This document shows, in pieces, positions 39,094-47,559 of a stretch of DNA of 64,000 nucleotides; positions within the stretch are counted from its first letter, which is position 1, and each line of letters opens with the position of its first letter. The DNA is taken from contig CAYHPY010000005.1 in the NCBI GenBank assembly GCA_964358485.1, positions 3,950-67,949 of the forward strand. The letters are read 5' to 3'. Origin of the DNA: an uncultured Elusimicrobia bacterium (GTDB lineage Bacteria; Elusimicrobiota; Elusimicrobia; UBA1565; UBA9628). Both the position numbers and the translations under genes were made by a program. The notes beneath the pieces are model-generated. The model did no database searches. It saw only the letters and a list, made by a program, of their open reading frames with translations, and was not told where the DNA came from.

Positions 39094-39241
39094 AAGTCCT
39101 CCGCGCCAGCTCCAAGCCCCGCCGCCCGGGTCCCGCCGCGCGCAGCGCCCAATGGCGCAGGAAATACGCCGCGAGCAGCAAAGCCGAGCAAGGCAGGGCC
39201 GCGCGCCCGGCGAAGGCGGCGATCAAACGCTGGACGCGCAT
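39080..39241 (-). CDS. Possible small membrane protein (53 aa)
   Basis: Fills the gap between two same-strand genes, overlapping both by a few codons; has a hydrophobic core. Confidence 0.35.
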   Translation of the reverse strand: MRVQRLIAAFAGRAALPCSALLLAAYFLRHWALRAAGPGRRGLELARRTYADL

Positions 39242-40329
39242 AGTTTCCTCTCGGCGGCCGCGACGGCCTCCTCCCCCATTTTGCGAAAGAGCACGAGCTT
39301 TCCCCCGGTGACGGTGACCAGACCCTCGATGCCCTCGGCGGAGTGATCGAAGACGCGGTAATCGCGCGAGAGGAGCCACCCCACGGGGCCTCCCGCGACG
39401 ATGGGCCGCACCCCCGCGACGCCTGAATCCTCGGGAGCCGACAAGCCGGGAAGGGCCCTGCGGACGGCGCGGCGCAGGCGGGCAAGTTCGGCCTCGGTCG
39501 CCACGGCCGATTCGGGGTCCCCCGTGAAGGCATCGTCGGTGGGCCCGACCCAGGCCGTGCCCGGGCGGGGATAGAGCCCGACCGTGCGCCCCGTTTCGTC
39601 GGCGAAGAGCACGGCCCAGGGACCATGGTCGCCGGGCAAGACGAGATGCACGCCCTTGCGCAAAGTCAGCGGCGCGCGCCCCCCCGCCAGGGCGGCGACG
39701 CGGTCGGCCCAAGGTCCGGCGGCGTTGATCACGACCCGCGCCGCAAGCGCGGTCCCGTCGGCCAGGCGCGCCCCCGTCACGCGCCCCCCCTCCATGTCGA
39801 AGGCCGTCACTTCCCCCTTCAAGACGCGCGTCTCACCATGGGAGGTCTCGGCGATGACCGCAGCGACCAGCGCCCGCGCGTCCACCGCCCACTCATCGAA
39901 GGTCACCCCCCCGCGCAAACCGTCTCCGGAGAGCGCCGGCACCAGGACCCGCGCCTCGGCGGCGGTGAGCCGCACGTGGGGCCGCCCGCCCTTCAGAGGC
40001 TGAAGCTCGTCATAAAGTTCCAGGAGAGTCTCGGCGGTGTCCACGCCGTGGCCCCCCTCGAAGGATGGCCAAAGGAAGGGTTGCCGCCGCAGAAGCGGGC
40101 GAAAGCGTTCCAGAATCCAGCCGCTTTCCTGGCAGCACTCAAGGGTCACCGGGGCGTCGTAGGGCAGGTAACGCAATCCGCCATGGATGAGCCCGCTGGA
40201 GGCGGCGGTCGTTACCCCTCCGGGCCGCCCGCGCTCCAGAAGGACGGCGGAAAGCCCCCGGCGCGCACAGGCCAAGAGCACCCCCGCCCCGGTGATTCCT
40301 CCTCCGATGATGAGCACATCCGTCGCCAC
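39223..40329 (-). CDS. glpD: FAD-dependent glycerol-3-phosphate dehydrogenase-like protein (short form)
   Basis: DVLIIGGGITG, SSGLIHGGLRY, VINAAGPWAD, KGVHL, GVRP, GGKL. GTG start; ~368 aa, apparently lacking the usual C-terminal domain. Confidence 0.78.
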   Translation of the reverse strand: MATDVLIIGGGITGAGVLLACARRGLSAVLLERGRPGGVTTAASSGLIHGGLRYLPYDAPVTLECCQESGWILERFRPLLRRQPFLWPSFEGGHGVDTAETLLELYDELQPLKGGRPHVRLTAAEARVLVPALSGDGLRGGVTFDEWAVDARALVAAVIAETSHGETRVLKGEVTAFDMEGGRVTGARLADGTALAARVVINAAGPWADRVAALAGGRAPLTLRKGVHLVLPGDHGPWAVLFADETGRTVGLYPRPGTAWVGPTDDAFTGDPESAVATEAELARLRRAVRRALPGLSAPEDSGVAGVRPIVAGGPVGWLLSRDYRVFDHSAEGIEGLVTVTGGKLVLFRKMGEEAVAAAERKLCASSV

Positions 40330-40404
40330 TGGAGAGGCGTGGTTGCAACGGTGCGGCCATGGGTGAGGCTGGATTTGTTCGGCCCGAGGGGCTACACTTT
40401 CCTT

Positions 40405-41439
40405 GTGGCCCCCGAGAAACAATCTTTTCCCGATCCGGAGCGGGAACACCGGACGCAAATCCCGGCCGGGGCCCCGGCGGCCCCGCAAGTTCCGGCTTGG
40501 CTGAGAAACGGCGCCTTCGTGGCCGGCCTGGCTTTGATGGGCTACTTGGGGGTGGCCGACACTTCCCATCTTTTCCGAGCGCCCCCCGAGCCCGCTCCCG
40601 GGGTGGAACCGATCATCGACCCCTTTCCCGGCGAGGTCCGGGCCACGGCGGAATTAGTCTCTCCCTTCGATAAGCCCGGGCCGTCCTCCTTGGGGATGCT
40701 CAAAACCGGCCCCGAGGAAAAAGGGATCGACTTCACGCAGTCCGAGCTTTCGATCGCCCCGGACCCGGCCGAACCGCCCATGGCCCCCGATGGGACCTTC
40801 GGCGTTTCCGCGCCGAAAGCGGCGGCCGCGCCGGTCCGGGGAGAAACCATTGACGTTCTCGCGCCGGGCGCCAAAACCCTCCCCGACCGGCCCCGCCTGC
40901 GACCCTTCGAGTCCGGGGCTTCCAGCCGCGTCCGAAGTTGGCAGGCGCCGCCGCCCGGAGAAGCCGGCGAGGAACAAGGAACGCAAACTTCGGCCTTCTA
41001 TCAACGCCCAGCCGATCTTCCCGCCCCAGGCGCCTCTCCCGCCTCGGGCCAAACCGTCGCCCCGGCCCCCCGGGCTCCCCTTCGATCGCCTCTGCGCGCC
41101 CACGCGGGCGGACGCTCCTCCGGCCCGACGGTTTACGCCAAGAACCAAGGCCAGCTGCCGGGCGCGGCCCCCGCCGGTCCTGCGGGGCCCATGGATCCCC
41201 TCCTGGCCCAACTCAACAGCGCCATCGCCGGATTGGCGGGCGCCTCCCGACAAGGGCAAAACCAACAATCCTTCATCAATCTCCGGGTGGGAGCGGAAGT
41301 CCAAGTCCGCTACCGCTGTCCCAACGGCTATTGGCTCAATTCCATCGCCCGCACCTGCTGTCCGAAAAAGGAATTCTGCGAAAGGCGGGACCCCCGCGGA
41401 ACCTGCACCCAGCAGGCCGAGGGCGGTTTAGGGCGTTAA
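40405..41439 (+). CDS. Single-pass membrane protein, Pro/Ala-rich, with a C-terminal Cys cluster
   Basis: GTG 6 nt after TACACT; TM GAFVAGLALMGYLGV; C-terminal CPNGYW...CCP...C...C. Confidence 0.65.
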   Translation: MAPEKQSFPDPEREHRTQIPAGAPAAPQVPAWLRNGAFVAGLALMGYLGVADTSHLFRAPPEPAPGVEPIIDPFPGEVRATAELVSPFDKPGPSSLGMLKTGPEEKGIDFTQSELSIAPDPAEPPMAPDGTFGVSAPKAAAAPVRGETIDVLAPGAKTLPDRPRLRPFESGASSRVRSWQAPPPGEAGEEQGTQTSAFYQRPADLPAPGASPASGQTVAPAPRAPLRSPLRAHAGGRSSGPTVYAKNQGQLPGAAPAGPAGPMDPLLAQLNSAIAGLAGASRQGQNQQSFINLRVGAEVQVRYRCPNGYWLNSIARTCCPKKEFCERRDPRGTCTQQAEGGLGR

Positions 41440-41603
41440 CCGAGGGCGAAGCGGGACACCAAGGCCCCGGCGCAGAAGAAGCCGAGCCTCATGATCCGTC
41501 CCGAATTATTGACCAGGAACCTCATACCCCTAATATAGCCGCCATCCCCCGTCCCTTACAGGGCCCAAGGACCCACCCCCCACCCGCCAAAAGTCCCACC
41601 TCT

Positions 41604-41668
41604 TGGTGCCAGGTATCCACTTTCTAAACATTTCGGAGGAAAGTTTAGAAAGTGGATACCTGGCACCA
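41604..41668. repeat. 26-bp perfect inverted repeat (REP/MITE-like)
   Basis: TGGTGCCAGGTATCCACTTTCTAAAC (41604-41629) / GTTTAGAAAGTGGATACCTGGCACCA (41643-41668), with a 13-nt loop. Confidence 0.9.
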
Positions 41669-41689
41669 TTCGATTGGTATACTTTTGCG

Positions 41690-42307
41690 ATGATTTTTGT
41701 TTCGTTGTTGTTCGTGGCCCTGCCGGTGGTGGCCGCTCAGCCGGAACTGCCTGCGGATCATCTGCGCGTCCCGTTGATCCGGCAATCGACCGATTATTCC
41801 TGCGGGGCGGCGGCATTATTGTCCACCCTTTACTATTGGAAGGCGTTTGACGGGATGGAATCCAGCCTTTACCCTTTGCTGGCCACGACCCCGGCCGACG
41901 GGACGCAACCCGAGAAATTGGCGGAAGGGGCCCGTTCCTTCGGCCTGGACGCGGCCTTGCGGGAAAACATGTCTTTGGAGGACCTTCGGGCTTCTTTGAG
42001 GAAGGGTGAAACCGTCATCTTGGACATTCAAGCCTGGCGGACACCCGGGTCCACGATCGCCTGGAGCGCCGCCTGGGAGGACGGGCATTACGTGGTCCTG
42101 GTCGGAATGGACAAGTCCCGCCTTTATGTCATGGACCCGTCCACCCCGGCCTCCTACGCCTATCTCCCCTTGGCCGAGTTCCTGGACCGCTGGCACGACT
42201 ACGAGAATCGGAGCGGCATGCGGAGGGAATACCTCCATGCCGGCATCGTCATTCGGGGGAAAAAGTCCGTCCGTTCTTATCCCGAAAAGCCCGGACCAAT
42301 GGACTGA
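41690..42307 (+). CDS. Exported stand-alone C39-like cysteine peptidase
   Basis: Signal peptide; RQSTDYSCGAAAL; GHYVVLVG; VMDP. Confidence 0.85.
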   Translation: MIFVSLLFVALPVVAAQPELPADHLRVPLIRQSTDYSCGAAALLSTLYYWKAFDGMESSLYPLLATTPADGTQPEKLAEGARSFGLDAALRENMSLEDLRASLRKGETVILDIQAWRTPGSTIAWSAAWEDGHYVVLVGMDKSRLYVMDPSTPASYAYLPLAEFLDRWHDYENRSGMRREYLHAGIVIRGKKSVRSYPEKPGPMD

Positions 42308-43585
42308 TCAGCGCCCGCGGGGCTCGGCCCCGGCGGCCGCCCGCAGGGGATCGTCCGCCAAGCCGATGAGGTAGAGGATGGCCGGGATGTTTTTGGCCAC
42401 GGTGGGCGCGATGACTCCGGCTCCGGGATAAAACCCGCCGCCCGACCCCGATCTCGGAGTCAGCTCAAAGGTAAAACAATAGATTCCCCGGGCTTCCCAA
42501 GCCCAGTCGCAGGTGTCGCCGCTGGAAGCGTAGAGGTCCGAGGATTGCTGAGGGGTGTAGCCGGTCCACTGCGCCATCTTGCGGGCCATGGCCTGGAAAG
42601 CCTTGAGCGGCGGGCCGGCGGGCAAGGGCTGGTCGGTGTAGCTCCAGGGATAAAGGATCAGCTCCGAATAGGTGTGATAGCTCACCATGGTCTTGAGGTT
42701 GGGGCGGGCCAGGACGAAATCCCGCACGGCCCTGCTCTCGGGCTCCGAAAACGGGCCCGTGCCTCGGTAGGTGTCGTCGCCGGGACTGCGGGAGGACCCG
42801 CTTTCCCCCCAATGGTGGTCGTAATTGCGGTTGAGATCGGTCCCGACGGTTCCGTCCGCGTTGGGGCTGAGATTCTTGCGTTGCCAGCGATAATCGCCGT
42901 CCTCGACATCGTACTCGGAACCGTCCGGATTGAGAAGGGGGACGAAATAAACATCCCGGGTCTCCAGCAGGGAACGGACCTCCGGCTTGGCCCGATTTTC
43001 GGCCAGCCATTGGGCCGCGAGCAGAGGCACCTCGGTGGACAGATGCTCCCGCGCATGATGCGTGCCCAGGAAAAACGCCCCCGGCTTGGAGCTGGGCTCG
43101 GAGCCCTTGGCCGTGGTGTTCAAGCGCAAGCCGGTGATGCTCAAGCCCTTGTGACTGCGGCCCAACTCCACCAAGGACGCCAGGTCCGGATGAGCCTGGA
43201 CCACGGCCGCCAACCCCGCCCGGACCTCGGCGTAGTCGTGGTACGCCTCATCGGGCTTGGGAAAACCCATCGGGAAGGCGTCCTTGAGCTTGACGCGGCT
43301 TCGGATCACAAATCCCGCGGCCCGCAGGCGCTCCAGCGCCTCGGGCGTCGCCACGCCCGCCGCAATCCCCGGCGAGACCTCCTCGATGGAAAGCCCGAGA
43401 TCGGCCGCCCTGGTGCGGGCCTCACGGTCGGGCGCTTCGACCTCAACCCAGGCCCGGTCCTCCACCCTGGCGCCGGCGGGCGCCTCGATCTCGTCCGGGC
43501 CGGCTTCGCGGGCCGCGCCGGGGACAGCGCACCCAAGGGCCAGAAGGGTCGCAACGGTTAAAATCCGGCCGGCGCGAGGGCTCAT
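42308..43585 (-). CDS. Secreted M14 zinc carboxypeptidase (carboxypeptidase T-like)
   Basis: HHAREH, NPDG, RKN, DLNRN, FSEPE, SYHTYSE, FTFEL. Confidence 0.92.
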   Translation of the reverse strand: MSPRAGRILTVATLLALGCAVPGAAREAGPDEIEAPAGARVEDRAWVEVEAPDREARTRAADLGLSIEEVSPGIAAGVATPEALERLRAAGFVIRSRVKLKDAFPMGFPKPDEAYHDYAEVRAGLAAVVQAHPDLASLVELGRSHKGLSITGLRLNTTAKGSEPSSKPGAFFLGTHHAREHLSTEVPLLAAQWLAENRAKPEVRSLLETRDVYFVPLLNPDGSEYDVEDGDYRWQRKNLSPNADGTVGTDLNRNYDHHWGESGSSRSPGDDTYRGTGPFSEPESRAVRDFVLARPNLKTMVSYHTYSELILYPWSYTDQPLPAGPPLKAFQAMARKMAQWTGYTPQQSSDLYASSGDTCDWAWEARGIYCFTFELTPRSGSGGGFYPGAGVIAPTVAKNIPAILYLIGLADDPLRAAAGAEPRGR

Positions 43586-43932
43586 CGTTTTTCCTTGAAA
43601 TAAATGATGGTCGCGACCACCGCGATGATCCCCACCATCATCAGGATCCCGCCGAGGCGGGATTTTCGGATCAATTCGGGGTCGTCCTTGACCCGGCGGC
43701 TGAGAAATTGGGTCGCCCCCATGGTGGCGCCGGTGAGTTTATACCGGTAGCAACCGACGGGGGTGGCGGGAAATCCGAGGAACATCTTCCACAGGACGGT
43801 CTCGTAGGAATTACAGGCCGAACACCGCCGGGTCTCTCCCTTGAATTCATGGCCGAAATAGCCCTCCTGGATGCCGCCCGAGGACTCGTCCGAGGAATCG
43901 GCCACGCACTTTTCGCAGAAACCGTCCGCCAT
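43582..43932 (-). CDS. Small membrane protein with two CxxC motifs
   Basis: CEKC, CSAC and a C-terminal TM. Start re-placed at ATG 43932. Confidence 0.6.
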   Translation of the reverse strand: MADGFCEKCVADSSDESSGGIQEGYFGHEFKGETRRCSACNSYETVLWKMFLGFPATPVGCYRYKLTGATMGATQFLSRRVKDDPELIRKSRLGGILMMVGIIAVVATIIYFKEKR

Positions 43933-43994
43933 GAGCGCCCTCCTAAATATCAAGGCGATTATACTAGAATCTCGGCCATGCGAATGACGCCCCG

Positions 43995-44525
43995 ATGAAA
44001 AGCGTCGCCACCTACCGCGGCCGGGGCCTGTTGGCCGGAGTCGTCCTTCCATTTTTGATGGGCCTGGCGGCTTGGGGCGCGACCCTGGCCGTCCCTTTCT
44101 TCATCCACTCCGAGGTTTCCCGGGGCTCGGGCTCCTGGATCCTGCTGATCCTGGCCGTCATGCCTCTGGGACTGGGCTGGCTGTTTCTCTCGGAGGGGAC
44201 GCGGCGTCTGCGCGCCTCGGGGGAAAGGGATTGCTTCCTGAAGGCGGGCCCGGACGGCCTGTCCATGCGCCTGCCGGGCAACGCGACCCGCGCCTCGGCT
44301 TATTTTTCCTACGCCGTCTGGGAATACTCTTTCCGCTGGGACGAAGTCTCCAGCCTGAGCTGGACCGTGGAATCCGGCTCAAAGCGCAATCTCCTCGTCA
44401 CGGCCCGGGGCGGCTCCCTGGAAATCCCGGGCCGCTACTTCAAGGAAGACTCCCGAAAAATCCTGGACAATATCCGCGCCGCCGCCGCGCCCGTCCAGCC
44501 GCCGATCCCCAAGACCACGCTCTAA
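43995..44525 (+). CDS. Membrane protein (two TM plus a PH-like beta domain)
   Basis: Two hydrophobic helices followed by a 'FRWDEVSSL' beta-rich region. Confidence 0.6.
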   Translation: MKSVATYRGRGLLAGVVLPFLMGLAAWGATLAVPFFIHSEVSRGSGSWILLILAVMPLGLGWLFLSEGTRRLRASGERDCFLKAGPDGLSMRLPGNATRASAYFSYAVWEYSFRWDEVSSLSWTVESGSKRNLLVTARGGSLEIPGRYFKEDSRKILDNIRAAAAPVQPPIPKTTL

Positions 44526-44568
44526 ATCTCTTTCTCGTCGGACGGGCGGCATGCTATCATCTCTGCGG

Positions 44569-45516
44569 ATGAATCGTCTTCTGCCCTTGGCCGCCGCGCT
44601 TCCGGCCGCCCTGTCCAACCTGGTCTGGCAGACCCAGCGCTCCGAAGCCCTCCTTGCCCTCCCGGCCCCCGCGCCCCATGAGTTTCGCCAAATCCTCCTG
44701 GACCAGCGATCGCGGGGCCCCTCCCACGAGGACCCCGCCATGCCCCGTCCCGATGGGGCCTCGTTTCAGCGCAAGAAGCTTTCCGACGACATCTGGGAGC
44801 TGACCTTCAATTTCCGCAATTTCAACCGGGACGAACTGGAGGTGGAGTTCACCGTGGTCCGGGAGGAATTGGAAGGCTCCCTCCGGGAATTCGGCTATTC
44901 CAAGAAGGACCTGGGCGACATCTTCGAGAAATACAAGACCGCGGGGCAGGCGACTTACGAGGAAAAAGTCCGCGAGTACTTCATGGCCCGGGGCTTCCGG
45001 AGCGTGGACAAGAACACCGTCATGGTGGACATCCCCCTGCTCATCCGCCGCAACATGAAGCGCATGAACGGGGCGGCCTACGCCATCCAGAAGGTGGCCC
45101 AGCAGCAGGGTTACGACTCCGAGGACACCATCGGCATGGCGATCGCCATGATCCAGACCGCGGTGGCCTACCGGATTCCCCCTCCCGAGGAGAGGGGCCG
45201 CCACATCGGCGGCGTGCATACCCCCCCACAGGCCCTCATCGACGGCTGGGGCGACTGCGACACCAAGAGCGCGGCCTTGGCCTCGATCCTGGCCAATTGG
45301 CGCGGCATCCGGGGCGTGGGGGTGTCTTTGCCCCGCCATTACCTGATCGGCCTGGCCCGCATCCCGCGCCAGGGCGACGTTTTCCTGGAGTTCAACGGCG
45401 TCCAATACGTCCTCATCGAGCCCGCCGGACCGGCCTGGCTGCCGATCGGCAGCGTCTCGGAAGGCACCCAGGCCATGCTCGACAGCGCGGGCAGCATTCC
45501 GATCCAACCCTTTTGA
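44569..45516 (+). CDS. Exported transglutaminase-like (papain-fold) protein
   Basis: WGDCDTKS, HYLIG, IEPAGP. Start at ATG 44569, after an extended -10 TGCTATCAT. Confidence 0.65.
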   Translation: MNRLLPLAAALPAALSNLVWQTQRSEALLALPAPAPHEFRQILLDQRSRGPSHEDPAMPRPDGASFQRKKLSDDIWELTFNFRNFNRDELEVEFTVVREELEGSLREFGYSKKDLGDIFEKYKTAGQATYEEKVREYFMARGFRSVDKNTVMVDIPLLIRRNMKRMNGAAYAIQKVAQQQGYDSEDTIGMAIAMIQTAVAYRIPPPEERGRHIGGVHTPPQALIDGWGDCDTKSAALASILANWRGIRGVGVSLPRHYLIGLARIPRQGDVFLEFNGVQYVLIEPAGPAWLPIGSVSEGTQAMLDSAGSIPIQPF

Positions 45517-45541
45517 TGAAGCACGCGACAAGGAGAATAAA

Positions 45542-46081
45542 ATGTTTCTGACCAGAATCATGGTAAGCGCCCTGGAATTCGGACTGACCGTCGTCATGGC
45601 CATCGTCGTGGTCTATTTCAACTTTCAAGTCCTGGGCTTCATGAACAAGGACTACAACGAAGAGGACGAGATCAACAAGAACAACCTCTCGGTGGCGATT
45701 CTGACGGCCGGCAAGCTCGTGGCCTCCGGCCTCATGGTGCAGAAAGGCATCTACCCGGTGACCAGCCTGGCGCGCATGTACTTCCTCACGCCGATGTCCG
45801 AAAGCATGAGCCTGGGCCGGATGGCGCTCTACGCCCTTTCCCATCTGGTCATGTCCTTCGCGATCTCGGCCTTCACAATCTCCTTCACCCTCCGCCTCTA
45901 CGGAAGGCTGACGGTCCGGATCAAAGAGGGCGAGGAACTCAAGAAAGGAAACGTCTCGGTCGGCCTCATGCTGGCCAGCGTCCTGGTGGTGGTGGCGCTT
46001 TACGTCAGCGAAGGCATCGGCAGCCTCTCCAAGGCCCTCATTCCCCAGCCCTCGATCGGCCGGGTGGAGATCATGCGCTGA
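45542..46081 (+). CDS. DUF350-like membrane protein
   Basis: Duplicated 'E.E(I/L).K.N.(S/A)V(A/G)' motifs between TM pairs; AGGAG SD. Confidence 0.7.
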   Translation: MFLTRIMVSALEFGLTVVMAIVVVYFNFQVLGFMNKDYNEEDEINKNNLSVAILTAGKLVASGLMVQKGIYPVTSLARMYFLTPMSESMSLGRMALYALSHLVMSFAISAFTISFTLRLYGRLTVRIKEGEELKKGNVSVGLMLASVLVVVALYVSEGIGSLSKALIPQPSIGRVEIMR

Positions 46082-46096
46082 GGGCGGGGTGGTCGG

Positions 46097-46519
46097 TCAG
46101 CGAAAAGCGAATGCGGTGATCTGGGTGCAGAGCCGCCGGTAGATCCCCAACACGGTCGTCGTCCGCAGGTCCACCTTGACGTCGTAAATCCCGCGAAGTC
46201 CGGGGTGGCGCTTGAGGATGTCCTCGAAGGCCTTGCCGTAGCCGCCCCGCCCCCCGGCCCCGCTGACCCGCTGGGCCCGGAGGTTTCCGGCGATGGGGAT
46301 GGAGATTCCGTGCTGGCAACTCCGGCCGCGCACCTCCCCGGCCAAAACGGCGTCCTTGGGAATTTCCCGGGGAGTCATGGTTTGGAAGGAGAGAGGCGCG
46401 TCGCCGTGCTGAAAAAGGTTGATCCCCCCGGGAGACAGGATGGCCGGGTCGGCCTCCCAGGCCTCGCGGCCCTGCGCGCCGAGCGGCGACGCCAGGGCCA
46501 TGAGCAGGAGAAAATTCAC
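46097..46519 (-). CDS. TRL-like exported protein
   Basis: G.SCQ...G.GGY..A...I...YDVKVD....VLGIY...CT. GTG start overlapping the upstream stop. Confidence 0.6.
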   Translation of the reverse strand: MNFLLLMALASPLGAQGREAWEADPAILSPGGINLFQHGDAPLSFQTMTPREIPKDAVLAGEVRGRSCQHGISIPIAGNLRAQRVSGAGGRGGYGKAFEDILKRHPGLRGIYDVKVDLRTTTVLGIYRRLCTQITAFAFR

Positions 46520-46851
46520 GGCAGGCCCACCCGCCCGGTCACCACCGTGCAGGCCTTGGCGTAAAGGCCCAGAACATAGGCCCGGGTCTTGATGTCGGTC
46601 CGGACGTCGTAAAGGATTTTCCCTTCCCGGCCCGAGAGGGCCTTGCGGGTCGCGGCCGCGAAGCCGGAATCTCCCCAGGCGAACAAATAAAGGACGGATT
46701 GCATGCAGGCCTCCCCGGAGACCAGTTCGTCGGTCCCGGCGGCCTTCACGTCCGACGGCCCCGCGGTCCGGTACGCCCGCGGGCGGACGACGTTGGAGTA
46801 CAAACAGCCCGATAGGGCAAGAAGAGCGCACACCGGGAGAAATCTCATCAT
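46516..46851 (-). CDS. TRL-like lipoprotein
   Basis: Lipobox LSGC; GEAC.QSVL.LFAWGDSG...A...YDV..D....VLG.Y...CT.V.G. Confidence 0.75.
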   Translation of the reverse strand: MMRFLPVCALLALSGCLYSNVVRPRAYRTAGPSDVKAAGTDELVSGEACMQSVLYLFAWGDSGFAAATRKALSGREGKILYDVRTDIKTRAYVLGLYAKACTVVTGRVGLP

Positions 46852-46869
46852 GGGAGGTTCCTTTGGATT

Positions 46870-47559
46870 TTATTTTTTTCGAAAAGTCAGGATTTGAATC
46901 ATGCACAAGGGACGCAAAGCCGGAAGCTTCTCGGTCATCCCGTTAAAGAAGGCGCTCACAAGCGGGATTTTCTTGGGAACGAGCATCCGGCCGACGGCCT
47001 CCTCAAGAACGTAACCGTGGACTTCGAGCAGAGCTCGAAGGTCCGCCAGGCCGATCCACTGGTGGTCGCCTTCCGGGAGCTTGAGGCCCAGCGCCTCGGC
47101 CAAGTGCATGACCGGCGCCCAGAGCGGGTTGATGCAGGTGGCCACATAGCGGGTCTTGGGGCCGCCGTAGGCCTTGAGGCCCTCCAGCGCCGCGTCCACG
47201 TCCGGCAGATGCTCCACCACGTCCGAGAGCAGGACGTAGTCGTAGGGAGGATCGGCCACGCCCGCGGGCTTGGCGATGTCCTCGGCCCGGAATTCGAGGC
47301 CGGGATGCTTGGACCTGGCCAATTCCACCATCCGGGGGCTCAAATCCAGCCCGAGGCCCCGGGCGGGCTTCAAGGCTTCCAAAATGGCGCCCGTGCCGCA
47401 GCCCACGTCCACGACCGAGGCCCCCGGGGGAATCCGTTCCTTGTAGATCCGGATCAGGTATTCGTAATAGTAGCCCTGGCGCTCCTTGCCCGCGTCGTAA
47501 TCGTCGGCGAGCTTGTCGAAAAATCCTTGAACCCGGCCCGGATCGAAACGCTGGCTCAT
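46870..47559 (-). CDS. Class I SAM-dependent methyltransferase
   Basis: VVDVGCGTG, GLDLS, YDYVLLSDVVEH. Confidence 0.9.
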   Translation of the reverse strand: MSQRFDPGRVQGFFDKLADDYDAGKERQGYYYEYLIRIYKERIPPGASVVDVGCGTGAILEALKPARGLGLDLSPRMVELARSKHPGLEFRAEDIAKPAGVADPPYDYVLLSDVVEHLPDVDAALEGLKAYGGPKTRYVATCINPLWAPVMHLAEALGLKLPEGDHQWIGLADLRALLEVHGYVLEEAVGRMLVPKKIPLVSAFFNGMTEKLPALRPLCMIQILTFRKK

